Of a stretch of DNA of 64,000 bases, positions 1 to 8,856 are shown piece after piece. Source of the DNA: Endomicrobiales bacterium (GTDB taxonomy: Bacteria; Elusimicrobiota; Endomicrobiia; Endomicrobiales; JALOBY01); NCBI GenBank assembly GCA_963796955.1, contig CAWCNJ010000008.1, positions 96,001-160,000 on the forward strand, read 5' to 3'. The first letter of the stretch is position 1. Each line of letters begins with the position of its first letter. The notes below the pieces were generated by a model. It had not been told where the DNA came from, made no database searches, and saw nothing but the letters and a program-made list of their open reading frames with translations. The translations under genes and the position numbers were made by a program.

Positions 1-1
1 T

Positions 2-1612
2 TTTGACCGGCCCGTCCCCTTCACTCCTGAAGACCTTGTAGCGATCGAAAAAAAGATGAAGGAGATCTCCAAGAGTAATCTTCCTTTCAAACGTTCCGAG
101 CATTCCAAAGAAGAAGCACTCGCCTTATTCAAAAGCAAAGGCGAAAAATATAAGGTTGAGCTGATAGAAGCGATACCCGACCAGACGGTAACCTATTATG
201 AGACCGGCAATTTTCTGGATCTGTGCCGGGGGCCTCATGTTCGCTACTCAACGGAAGTAAAACACTTTAAATTGATGTCCATAGCCGGCGCCTACTGGCG
301 CGGTGATGAAAAGCGCGAACAGCTGCAGCGTATATACGGCACTGCCTTCTATACAAAAGAAGAATTAGAAGCCTATCTCACCCGTCTGGAAGAAGCAAAG
401 AAACGCGACCACCGTAAGGTAGGAAAAGAACTCGATCTATTCTCAACTGCCGAGGAAGTGGGCCCCGGCCTTGTTATGTGGCATCCCAAAGGCGGCCGCA
501 TTCGCGTGGCTATAGAAGATTTCTGGCGCTCTGAGCACCTTGCGAACGGTTATGAAATAGTCTTTACGCCGCATATCGGTCGCGGCAATTTGTGGGAGAC
601 CAGCGGTCATCTGGGTTTTTATAAAGAGAATATGTATTCGGAAATGAAGGTTGACGGGCAGGATTACTACGCCAAGCCCATGAATTGTCCCTTCCACATA
701 ATGATCTATAAGAACACGTTGTACTCATACCGTGACCTGCCGCTGCGCTGGGCGGAGCTGGGCACGGTATACCGGTATGAAAAAAGCGGTGTGCTGCACG
801 GGTTGATGCGGGTACGCGGTTTTACTCAGGATGACGCGCACATATTTTGCCGTCCCGACCAGATGCCGGACGAGATACGGCGGGTCCTGCGTTTCTGTCT
901 TACCATATTGAATGCTTTCGGTTTCAAGGAATATTCTTTTTACGTCGCGACCAAGCCGAAGGAAAAATCCGTCGGCGATCCGGCCCTGTGGGAAGCGGCA
1001 ACCGCCGCTCTTCAGGAAGCGGTTAAGGCCGAAGGACTGACGTGTGAGATAGACGAAGGCGGCGGCGCTTTTTATGGACCAAAGATAGACATTAAGATCA
1101 AAGATGCCCTGAACCGCGAATGGCAATGTTCCACGATACAGTTCGACTTCAATGAGCCGGAACGCTTTGATATGACCTATGTCGATCACGAGGGGAACAA
1201 AGTTCGGCCCTATATGATCCACCGCGCCCTTATGGGCTCGCTGGAGCGTTTCTTCGGCATACTGATAGAGCATTATGCCGGCGCCTTTCCCATGTGGCTT
1301 GCGCCGGTGCAGGTTACCATTCTTAATATAACCGATGCCCAGGCGGCTTATGCCAAAGGCGTATTGGCGGCTCTTACTGCCGCGGGTATCCGCGCGCAAT
1401 TTGACGACAGGAACGAAAAGATCGGTTTCAAGATCCGTGAAGCGACTATGCAAAAAATACCGTATATGCTTGTTATCGGTGACAAAGAAGTTGCCGCTTC
1501 AACCGTCGCAGTTCGCGCCCGTAACGGGAAGGACCTTGGCGCTCTGCCCCTAGACAAGGTTGTTGCACTTTTCCAGGCTGAGATCGCCAGGCGTGAAGCT
1601 CAGGCATTGTAA
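2..1612 (+). CDS. thrS: Threonyl-tRNA synthetase (5'-truncated by window edge)
   Basis: Frame open from position 2 (FDRPVPFTPEDL...); DLCRGPH, KPMNCP, GLMRVRGFTQDDAH, AFYGPKID, HRA motifs; upstream of infC. Confidence 0.98.
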   Translation, partial: FDRPVPFTPEDLVAIEKKMKEISKSNLPFKRSEHSKEEALALFKSKGEKYKVELIEAIPDQTVTYYETGNFLDLCRGPHVRYSTEVKHFKLMSIAGAYWRGDEKREQLQRIYGTAFYTKEELEAYLTRLEEAKKRDHRKVGKELDLFSTAEEVGPGLVMWHPKGGRIRVAIEDFWRSEHLANGYEIVFTPHIGRGNLWETSGHLGFYKENMYSEMKVDGQDYYAKPMNCPFHIMIYKNTLYSYRDLPLRWAELGTVYRYEKSGVLHGLMRVRGFTQDDAHIFCRPDQMPDEIRRVLRFCLTILNAFGFKEYSFYVATKPKEKSVGDPALWEAATAALQEAVKAEGLTCEIDEGGGAFYGPKIDIKIKDALNREWQCSTIQFDFNEPERFDMTYVDHEGNKVRPYMIHRALMGSLERFFGILIEHYAGAFPMWLAPVQVTILNITDAQAAYAKGVLAALTAAGIRAQFDDRNEKIGFKIREATMQKIPYMLVIGDKEVAASTVAVRARNGKDLGALPLDKVVALFQAEIARREAQAL

Positions 1613-1619
1613 AAAATCG

Positions 1620-1648
1620 TTGACTTGAGTTCAGTATTGTTGTAGAAT
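1620..1648 (+). promoter_or_regulatory. Sigma70-type promoter of infC-rpmI-rplT
   Basis: TTGACT (1620-1625), 17-bp spacer, TAGAAT (1643-1648). Confidence 0.75.
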
Positions 1649-1660
1649 CTTATAACTAAT

Positions 1661-1768
1661 AAAGAAGCCATCCCGGCTCACCTCAACCGTATCAGGGAAG
1701 AGGTTACGAAAATATCATTATATTTTTCCGATCAAGGGATGGCATCATTATGCCGTCTTATTTTTTTT
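1661..1768 (+). ncRNA. Ribosomal protein L20 leader-like attenuator
   Basis: Begins AAAGAAGCCATCCCGGCTCACC, similar to the Bacillus L20 leader 5' end; GCCATCCC (1667-1674) pairs with GGGATGGC (1736-1743), which overlaps terminator GATGGCAT-CATT-ATGCCGTC plus T-run (1738-1768); lies upstream of infC-rpmI-rplT. Confidence 0.75.
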
Positions 1769-1808
1769 GTTCTATTCTATTCACCATTGGTGAAAAGGGA
1801 GGCCCGCC

Positions 1809-2330
1809 GTAGATAAAAAACTTCGCATTAACCACCAGATCAGGGTTCCTCAAGTCCGTTTGATCGCAGAAGATGGTGCACAGCTGGGTGTGAACACGAT
1901 ACAGGATGCGCTGCGCATAGCGCAGGAACAGGGCAAGGACCTGGTAGAGATCGCGCCGCTTGCGACACCGCCCGTTTGTAAAATAATCGACTTTTCAAAA
2001 CTGAAGTACGAGATGGAAAAAAAGGCCCGCGAGGCGAAAAAGAAACAGAAAGCCACGCATCTTAAAGAGATCAGGCTGCGCCCGAAGATCGGCGAGCATG
2101 ACCTTATCATAAAGATCAATCACGCCAGGGAGTTCATTGAAGCTGGCGATAAAGTGCAGGTAAGCGTTATGTTCATGGGCCGCGAGAACCAGCACCGCGA
2201 CCTGGGCCATGTGCTTGCCAAACGCATTATAGAAATGCTTTCGGATGTTGCCCTGGTGGAAAGAAACCCGCAGCAGTTCGGCAACCGTCTGATAATGTAT
2301 CTTATCCCGAAAAAGAGCGTAAAAGTATAA
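1809..2330 (+). CDS. infC: Translation initiation factor IF-3, non-canonical start (probably GTA)
   Basis: In-frame extension (V)DKKLRINHQIRVPQVRLI upstream of the called TTG; SD GGGAGG 1797-1802; in-frame TGA at 1791; DLVEI, PPVCKIID, KEIRLRPKI motifs. Confidence 0.95.
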   Translation, partial: VDKKLRINHQIRVPQVRLIAEDGAQLGVNTIQDALRIAQEQGKDLVEIAPLATPPVCKIIDFSKLKYEMEKKAREAKKKQKATHLKEIRLRPKIGEHDLIIKINHAREFIEAGDKVQVSVMFMGRENQHRDLGHVLAKRIIEMLSDVALVERNPQQFGNRLIMYLIPKKSVKV

Positions 2331-2365
2331 TCGATGCGATAATCGCAAATCCCAAGGAGCAATGT

Positions 2366-2563
2366 ATGCCAAAGATCAAAACGCATAGCGGTGCTAAGAA
2401 ACGTTTCAAGGTCACAAAAAGCGGTAAAGTAAAGCATAAGATCCAGGGTCAGCGTCATTTGCTTGCCGGCGACAGCGGTAATTACGGCAGAAAGATGCGC
2501 CGTAGCAGGGTGCTTGGAAAAATGGCCGCCAAAGTTATAAAGAAAATGATGCCGTATGCGTAA
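2366..2563 (+). CDS. rpmI: 50S ribosomal protein L35
   Basis: MPKIKTHSGAKKRFKVT; synteny. Confidence 0.97.
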   Translation: MPKIKTHSGAKKRFKVTKSGKVKHKIQGQRHLLAGDSGNYGRKMRRSRVLGKMAAKVIKKMMPYA

Positions 2564-2591
2564 TGCCTAAACTATATCCCAGGAGTATATC

Positions 2592-2972
2592 ATGAGAGCA
2601 AAAAGTGTAGTCGCGACAAGACAAAAAAAGAAAAAATACTTTAGGATGGCCAAAGGCTATTACGCCACCAAGAAGAACCGCTGGCGCATGACCATTCAGC
2701 AGCTTGAAAAGTCAATGCGGTATATGTACGAAGGCCGTAAAGATAAAAAAGGCGACTACCGTACCATGTGGATCATGCGCCTGAACGCCGCTTCCCGTGA
2801 ATGCGGTTTGTCATACAGCAGATTGATCGCCGGCTTGAAAAAGGCCAACATCACGATAGACCGCAAGGTTCTCTCGGAGATCGCGATCCGCGACAATGAA
2901 GCCTTCAAGAAAATAGCCGAGATAGCGAAAGCCGCGCACCCGGCCCCGGTAAAAAAAGCCGTACAAGCCTAA
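2592..2972 (+). CDS. rplT: 50S ribosomal protein L20
   Basis: AKGY, WIMRLNAA, SYSRLI, IDRKVLSEIA motifs; synteny. Confidence 0.97.
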   Translation: MRAKSVVATRQKKKKYFRMAKGYYATKKNRWRMTIQQLEKSMRYMYEGRKDKKGDYRTMWIMRLNAASRECGLSYSRLIAGLKKANITIDRKVLSEIAIRDNEAFKKIAEIAKAAHPAPVKKAVQA

Positions 2973-2985
2973 TATATACGACTAT

Positions 2986-3030
2986 TCCGGGCTGGCCCCG
3001 CTCAGCGGAGTCAGCCCGGATACTAATTTT
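2986..3030 (+). terminator. Long GC-rich hairpin after rplT (terminator or stabilising stem)
   Basis: TCCGGGCTGGC-C-CCGCT-C-AGCGG-A-GTCAGCCCGGA; the T-run is weak and offset. Confidence 0.5.
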
Positions 3031-3048
3031 TAAGGTTCAAGGAACATT

Positions 3049-4071
3049 ATGAGCATTAATCTCACACCGCTGAGGGAACAGGCGATAGAGCAATTATCGA
3101 AAGCGGTCGCCGCGGAAGAAGTGGAAGCCATTAAAGTGCATTTTCTCGGCCGCAAAGGCCGGATCACGGATATATTAAAAAGTCTGTCCTCGCTTCCTAT
3201 AGATGAACGCAAATCTGTCGGTGAAACCACCAACCTTCTCAGGGCCGAACTGACCGGCCTTATAGAACAAAAACTCCTGTCAATTAACGTTTCTTCCTTG
3301 AATGAAAAGCTGAAGAAAGAAAAAATAGATATCTTCCTGCCGCCCTATCCCGTTGATAGAGGGCATTTACACCCTATACGCCATACGCTGGATGAGATCA
3401 CAGAGATCTTTAAAGCCATAGGATTTTCGATAGCAGATGGTCCCGAGATCGAGAATGATTGGTATAATTTTGAAGCGCTGAATATTCCGGCCGATCACCC
3501 GGCCAGAGATTCGCAGGACACCTTCTTTTTAGAAAACGGCAAGAACCTGCTGCGTACGCACACCTCTCCGGTACAGGTGCGCACGATGGAAAAACAACAG
3601 CCGCCCCTGCGTATCATAGCCCCCGGCCGCGTCTTTAGGAATGAAGCGACCGATGCGACGCATTCGGCGGTATTTCATCAGGTAGAAGGACTGGCCGTCG
3701 GCGAAGGCATTACATTCGCCGATCTGAAGGGTACGTTGACCCATTTTATCAGGCGTTATTTTGGCTCGAACGTTGGGTTCAGGTTCAGACCTTCGCATTT
3801 TCAGTTCACCGAGCCTTCCGCCGAGGTTGATATACAATGTATGCTGTGCGGCGGCCTTGGCTGCCGTGTCTGCAAGGGTTCCGGCTGGCTTGAAATGCTG
3901 GGATGCGGCATGGTGCATCCGAACGTTCTGACTGCCGTGAAGTATGATACCGAAAAATATACCGGCTTCGCCTTCGGCATGGGCGTGGAACGCCTGACGA
4001 TGTTCAAGTATGGCATAGAAGATATACGATTGTTCTATGAGAACGACCTTCACTTTCTGGAGCAATTCTAA
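3049..4071 (+). CDS. pheS: Phenylalanyl-tRNA synthetase alpha subunit
   Basis: HPARDSQDTF, LLRTHTSPVQ, FHQVEG, FTEPSAE, GFAFGMGVERL. Confidence 0.98.
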   Translation: MSINLTPLREQAIEQLSKAVAAEEVEAIKVHFLGRKGRITDILKSLSSLPIDERKSVGETTNLLRAELTGLIEQKLLSINVSSLNEKLKKEKIDIFLPPYPVDRGHLHPIRHTLDEITEIFKAIGFSIADGPEIENDWYNFEALNIPADHPARDSQDTFFLENGKNLLRTHTSPVQVRTMEKQQPPLRIIAPGRVFRNEATDATHSAVFHQVEGLAVGEGITFADLKGTLTHFIRRYFGSNVGFRFRPSHFQFTEPSAEVDIQCMLCGGLGCRVCKGSGWLEMLGCGMVHPNVLTAVKYDTEKYTGFAFGMGVERLTMFKYGIEDIRLFYENDLHFLEQF

Positions 4072-6435
4072 ATGAAATTATCATATAACTGGCTTAAAGA
4101 ACTGGTGAAATTTGATCTGAAACCGGAGGAGTTGGCGAATGTGCTGACGAATCAGGGGCTGGAAACCGGCATCGCAAGCCAAACCGGCGCCTGGACGAAT
4201 GTGGTCACCGCGAAGGTATTGCAAACAGAAAAGCATCCTAATGCCGATAAACTGCGGCTGTGTACCCTTACTGACGGAACCGCACAATATTCGCTGGTAT
4301 GCGGCGCTGCCAATGTTGCCGCCGGTCAGACGGTGGCTCTGGCGAAGCTTGGCGCAGTCCTGCCCGGGGATTTTAAGATCGAGCGCAGAAAGATTCGGGG
4401 CGTGGAATCCGAGGGGATGATCTGCTCGGAAAAAGAACTCGGTATGGCGGAAGAATCAGAAGGTATCATGGTGCTGCCTGAGGGAACCCCGCTTGGCCGG
4501 CTGCTTGAAGAGTTGACCGGCGGTGTGGATACGATCCTTAACGTAGAAATAACAACGAACCGCGCCGATTGCCTGAGCCACTGGGGCATAGCTCGCGAGA
4601 TAGCTGCCCATGTTCGTGAAAATGTAAAACTCCCCGATATACATACACACGCCGTTACTGAAAGCGTGCCGGTGTCAATAGTTGAGACGCAATTGTGCCG
4701 GCGCTACATTGGCTACCGTATCACCGGTGTGAAAGTCGGCCCTTCGCCAGACTGGATGGTACGCCGCCTCAGGAACTGCGGTTTTCGCTCCGTCAATAAC
4801 ATCGTCGATATCACGAATTTCGTCATGATTGAATTGGGACATCCTCTGCATGCCTTTGACATAGACTGCCTTAACGGCAGGAAGATCATCGTGCGTCGTG
4901 CAAAAGATGGGGAAAAGATAAAGGCCCTGGACAGCAAAGAATACACGCTCAATGATTCTATCCTTGTTATCGCCGATGACAATAAACCCGTTGCTATCGC
5001 GGGCGTCATGGGCGGTGAAACCTGCGGTATATCCGATAAAACAGCCACCGTGCTGCTGGAAAGCGCGGTCTTCAATCCTGTCGTCATAAGGCGCGCCTCC
5101 AAAAAACTGAACATTTCTTCCGAATCCTCATATCGTTTCGAGCGCAGTGTTTCCTGGGACGGTGCAGAACTTGCCGCACGCCGGGCCGCCGACCTTATGA
5201 TCAGGCTGGCCGGGGGGACCATTGAAGCCATCACTGATGAGATCGCAAGCCCTGATGTTAAAACGATCGTTAAACTACGTCATAGCCGGGTAAAGGCGCT
5301 GCTTGGCCTTGATATTCCTCTTGATGTCTGCAAGGAGATATTATCATGTCTTGGGTTGCGTGTCTCTGAAGCCGCGGGAACTATTACAGCCACTATCCCT
5401 TCATGGCGTCACGATCTTTCGCAGGAAGTTGACCTGATCGAAGAAGTGGCGCGCGTGTATGGTTATTCCAATATACCCGCGAATGTGCTCGCCCATATCC
5501 CTGAAAACATACACATCTCGTGCGCCGAAAGCCTTGAGACGAAGCTGCGCCGTTCCCTTGCGTCAAAAGGTTATTTTGAGGCGATGAACTACAGTTTCAC
5601 GAGCGAGGCCCAGGTAACCAGATACGGCCTGGCAGTCTCACATAAACTCTCTAATCCTCTTTCTCGCGATCACGAGGCGATGCGCCCATCGTTGATCAGC
5701 GGTCTCATGACGAACTTTGAACATAACCGCGCTCTTGGGCACCGGTCGGTGAAGCTGTTCGAGACCGGCAGAACGTTTTCCGCCACGGGTGAGCGCTCGG
5801 TGCTTGGGTTGCTGGCCTACGGCAATATCTGGCCGGAATGGTGGAAATATGAATCTTCCCGGATCGCTATTCCTTCGGCGGATTATTATTATCTGGCAGG
5901 AATCATAACCTCACTTTTCAACGGCAATAAAGTCGAATTTATGACCACTGATAAGGTCGTCCCCTATCTGCACCCGGGCAAAAGCGCTGAGGTTGCTATC
6001 AACGGAAATACGGTGGGGCATCTCGGTGTTGTCCACCCGGCCTATTGCAAAGAGCAGGACCAGGAAATAATTTACGCGGAACTGGATATGGACAAGATCA
6101 GGAATGCCGTGACCACAGGCACCGTAAAATATGCCCCGATCAAGCGCTTCCCGCCGGTTAAGCGGGATCTTTCGCTGATCGCGGAAAAGTCGTTGTCATT
6201 CGACAAAGTATTGTCCTTCATAGAAAAAGCAAAGCGCAATTCTGTGACGCTTGAAGATGCCCGGTTATTCTCCGTTTTCGAAGGAGAGAAGATCGGTGCT
6301 GATAAGATCAGCTACGCCCTGCACCTTACCTTCCGGCACGCCGAACATACGCTTGCGGATGTCGAGATAAACAGCGAAGTAGAGCGCCTGCTTAACGGCT
6401 TAAAAGCCGATCTCGGTATTACCCTTCGAACTTAG
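4072..6435 (+). CDS. pheT: Phenylalanyl-tRNA synthetase beta subunit
   Basis: HPNADKL, RGVESEGMICS, NRADCLS, DLIEEVAR, FPPVKRDLS. Confidence 0.97.
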   Translation: MKLSYNWLKELVKFDLKPEELANVLTNQGLETGIASQTGAWTNVVTAKVLQTEKHPNADKLRLCTLTDGTAQYSLVCGAANVAAGQTVALAKLGAVLPGDFKIERRKIRGVESEGMICSEKELGMAEESEGIMVLPEGTPLGRLLEELTGGVDTILNVEITTNRADCLSHWGIAREIAAHVRENVKLPDIHTHAVTESVPVSIVETQLCRRYIGYRITGVKVGPSPDWMVRRLRNCGFRSVNNIVDITNFVMIELGHPLHAFDIDCLNGRKIIVRRAKDGEKIKALDSKEYTLNDSILVIADDNKPVAIAGVMGGETCGISDKTATVLLESAVFNPVVIRRASKKLNISSESSYRFERSVSWDGAELAARRAADLMIRLAGGTIEAITDEIASPDVKTIVKLRHSRVKALLGLDIPLDVCKEILSCLGLRVSEAAGTITATIPSWRHDLSQEVDLIEEVARVYGYSNIPANVLAHIPENIHISCAESLETKLRRSLASKGYFEAMNYSFTSEAQVTRYGLAVSHKLSNPLSRDHEAMRPSLISGLMTNFEHNRALGHRSVKLFETGRTFSATGERSVLGLLAYGNIWPEWWKYESSRIAIPSADYYYLAGIITSLFNGNKVEFMTTDKVVPYLHPGKSAEVAINGNTVGHLGVVHPAYCKEQDQEIIYAELDMDKIRNAVTTGTVKYAPIKRFPPVKRDLSLIAEKSLSFDKVLSFIEKAKRNSVTLEDARLFSVFEGEKIGADKISYALHLTFRHAEHTLADVEINSEVERLLNGLKADLGITLRT

Positions 6436-6448
6436 TATACTACAAGTC

Positions 6449-7942
6449 ATGCTGGTAAAAAGCGATCAAGATATTATCGGCGGATATTTTCAAGACCATT
6501 CCGGCCTCAGGGGTGGCTTTGCCGATAAAGTATATATTCCTGAAAATGAATCTGAACTTTCCTCTGTCCTGAAGGAAGCCTCCAAAACAAAAACCAGTGT
6601 TACTATCAGCGGTGCCGGCACCGGCGTTACGGGCGGTCGTGTTCCATTCGGCGGCATAGTCGTCTCCCTTGAGAACCTTAACCATATCGGCGCCGTTAAA
6701 GATTTGAAAAACGGCGCCGCGACCATCACCGTCGGATCTGCCGCGCGCATCAGCGACATTAAGGCGCAGGCTGCTTCGGCAGGCTACATGTACGCTCCCG
6801 ATCCGACGGAACAGACCGCGACCATTGGCGGCAATATTGCCTCGAATGCATCAGGCAGCAGAGGTTTTAAATTCGGCCCTACCAGAAAATATACTCACTC
6901 GATGCGCGTTGTACTGGCCGACGGCGAGATCGCCGTCCTTGATAGAGGTGACCATAAAGCCGCCTCTGATAACATTCTTCGCTTTTCAACCGTTTCAGGA
7001 AAGATCGTCTCTGTTCGCCTTCCTGGTTACAAGCTACCGTCGATAAAGAATGCCGCTGGATATTATAATGAACCCGGTATGGATGCTCTTGATCTTTTTA
7101 TTGGACAAGAGGGTACCTTAGGTATCATAACCGAGGCTACCCTTGCGTTGGTACCTTTCCTGGACGCGGCATTCTCCGGTGTTGCCTTTTTCAGATCTAA
7201 GGAAGAATCCTGGAGATTTGCCAGACATATCCGTGAGCTGAGCAAAGCTGCACGCTCTTCAGGAAGGAAAGACTCGGTCGACGCCCTGACCATTGAATAT
7301 TTTGACCATTCCGCGCTTCAGCTTTTAAAGAGCGACCAAAAAGACATTCCTGACTTTGCCCACGCCGCTATATTTTTTGAGCAGGATTGCGAAGACCAAT
7401 ATCTTGAGCATGTGGTGGAACTGTGGCGTTCGATCCTGAACCAGCATGAGGTAGCGCTTGAAAACGTGTGGTTCGCTATGACGGAAAAAACAAGGGAGGC
7501 TCTGCGTGAGTTCCGCCATTTGCTGCCGGAAAAGATCAACGAGATAGTCGCCCGCAACGGCATGCCCAAGGTTGGCACGGACCTGGCTGTCCCGAAAAAT
7601 CATTTCAAGGCAATGATGAAGGCTTATGACCAGGTGCTTGGCGAAACGAATATACCTTACATGATCTTCGGCCACATAGGCGAGTGCCACATGCACGCCA
7701 ACATTCTGCCGGCCAATAAAACTGAGTACGACATTGCCCGCGCCGCCTACATCGATCTTGTCTCTCTTGCCCTGTCTTTGGGGGGGACCGTTTCAGCCGA
7801 ACACGGTATCGGCAAAACAAAACACATCTTTTTAGAGCAGATGCTGGGAAAACAAGGCATTGCCGAACTCGCCCGTGTAAAATTCGCCCTCGACCCCGCC
7901 TGGATACTTAACCCTGGTAATATGTTCAACAAACCGCTATAA
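6449..7942 (+). CDS. FAD-binding oxidoreductase, GlcD/D-lactate dehydrogenase family
   Basis: GAGTGVTGG, APDPT, TIGGNIASNASG, GQEGTLGII, GHIGECHMH, SAEHGIG, DPAWILNPG. Confidence 0.85.
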   Translation: MLVKSDQDIIGGYFQDHSGLRGGFADKVYIPENESELSSVLKEASKTKTSVTISGAGTGVTGGRVPFGGIVVSLENLNHIGAVKDLKNGAATITVGSAARISDIKAQAASAGYMYAPDPTEQTATIGGNIASNASGSRGFKFGPTRKYTHSMRVVLADGEIAVLDRGDHKAASDNILRFSTVSGKIVSVRLPGYKLPSIKNAAGYYNEPGMDALDLFIGQEGTLGIITEATLALVPFLDAAFSGVAFFRSKEESWRFARHIRELSKAARSSGRKDSVDALTIEYFDHSALQLLKSDQKDIPDFAHAAIFFEQDCEDQYLEHVVELWRSILNQHEVALENVWFAMTEKTREALREFRHLLPEKINEIVARNGMPKVGTDLAVPKNHFKAMMKAYDQVLGETNIPYMIFGHIGECHMHANILPANKTEYDIARAAYIDLVSLALSLGGTVSAEHGIGKTKHIFLEQMLGKQGIAELARVKFALDPAWILNPGNMFNKPL

Positions 7943-7961
7943 CTTTTTAAAAATTGAGTTC

Positions 7962-7990
7962 TTGACAGTTAGTTGGATTTGTTATAAAAT
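7962..7990 (+). promoter_or_regulatory. Sigma70-type promoter of the zapB-like/zapA/6S unit
   Basis: TTGACA (7962-7967), 17 bp, TAAAAT (7985-7990). Confidence 0.75.
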
Positions 7991-8000
7991 TACATCAGAA

Positions 8001-8231
8001 ATGAACCATATTGAGGTTTTAGACAAGAAGATCCGGCAGGCGGCGGAACAGTTGATCACGCTGCGCAAGGACAACATAAAACTTGCGGAGAAGATCCGTT
8101 TGCTTGAAGAAGAGAATAAGGCCGTTAAGCAAATGTTCGGCACCGGCGGGGACGCCTGGAAGCATGAGAAAAGGGCGCTCGCCGATAAAGTGGAAAAACT
8201 GGTTAAGCGATTGAACTCACTGAAAATATAA
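8001..8231 (+). CDS. Small coiled-coil protein, ZapB-like
   Basis: Heptad coiled coil directly upstream of zapA with TAATG overlap; ATG 8001 preferred because the called TTG 7962 is the -35 box. Confidence 0.6.
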   Translation: MNHIEVLDKKIRQAAEQLITLRKDNIKLAEKIRLLEEENKAVKQMFGTGGDAWKHEKRALADKVEKLVKRLNSLKI

Positions 8232-8515
8232 TGAAAAATATATCTATCAAGATCCTCGGCTACCCCATAGAAACAGAGATCGAAGCCGGTGAGGAAAATT
8301 TAGTCAAATCCATTGCAGAATACGTTGAACAGAAGTTGCTGGAAATTCAACGCGACACCGGCATCGTAGACACGCAGAAACTGGCGATCATGGCCACTTT
8401 TCATATCGCCGATGAGTTGCTTAGATTAAAAAACTCCAAAGAAAATGTTTCAGGAATAACGGACAAACGCACGCAAGAGCTGATCGGTGTGCTGGATCAG
8501 GCTATCTCTGCCTGA
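8231..8515 (+). CDS. zapA: Cell division protein ZapA
   Basis: ISIKILG...IAEYVEQKL...KLAIMATFHIADEL; upstream of 6S RNA. Confidence 0.85.
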   Translation: MKNISIKILGYPIETEIEAGEENLVKSIAEYVEQKLLEIQRDTGIVDTQKLAIMATFHIADELLRLKNSKENVSGITDKRTQELIGVLDQAISA

Positions 8516-8537
8516 AGTCTGTCTTCCTGAGTAGATT

Positions 8538-8685
8538 TTCCCTGCGTTGTTGGTGTTACCTGAATTGTTTGATCCTACAAGTTCGCTAAAGGGAATTCAA
8601 TGTCGCCCGGCACATACGTGCTGGCTTCGAATACCCACTCATTTAACGGGCTTCAAACGTTCATGTACACGGCACCGCGGGGTTT
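8538..8685 (+). ncRNA. ssrS: 6S RNA
   Basis: 5' CCCTGCGTTGTTGGTGTTACCTGAATTGTTTGA pairs with 3' TCAAACGTTCATGTACACGGCACCGCGGGG as a rod with central bubble, then a T-run; zapA-6S-(ygfA-rny) synteny. Confidence 0.85.
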
Positions 8686-8690
8686 TTTTA

Positions 8691-8854
8691 TAAACCCAGA
8701 CTTTGCATTAGGTTTGTGCACAGAGACAGAAAAGCTCGAAGTATTTTTGCAAAAAAATTTGCGAGAATGCTTATTGCATTTGAGCGAATTTTTATACGAA
8801 AAGACAAAGAGATTTTATGGCGAATGCCAAATACTAGTGCAAATTCTGGGTTTA
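8691..8854. mobile_element. MITE-like element with 21-bp terminal inverted repeats
   Basis: TAAACCCAGACTTTGCATTAG (8691-8711) vs reverse complement of 8834-8854 TAAACCCAGAATTTGCACTAG, 19/21 identical; AT-rich interior with internal hairpin. Confidence 0.6.
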
Positions 8855-8856
8855 AT

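Noticed and set aside
7962..8000. TTG start for the ZapB-like ORF
   Set aside because: The TTG is the -35 box of a well-spaced promoter
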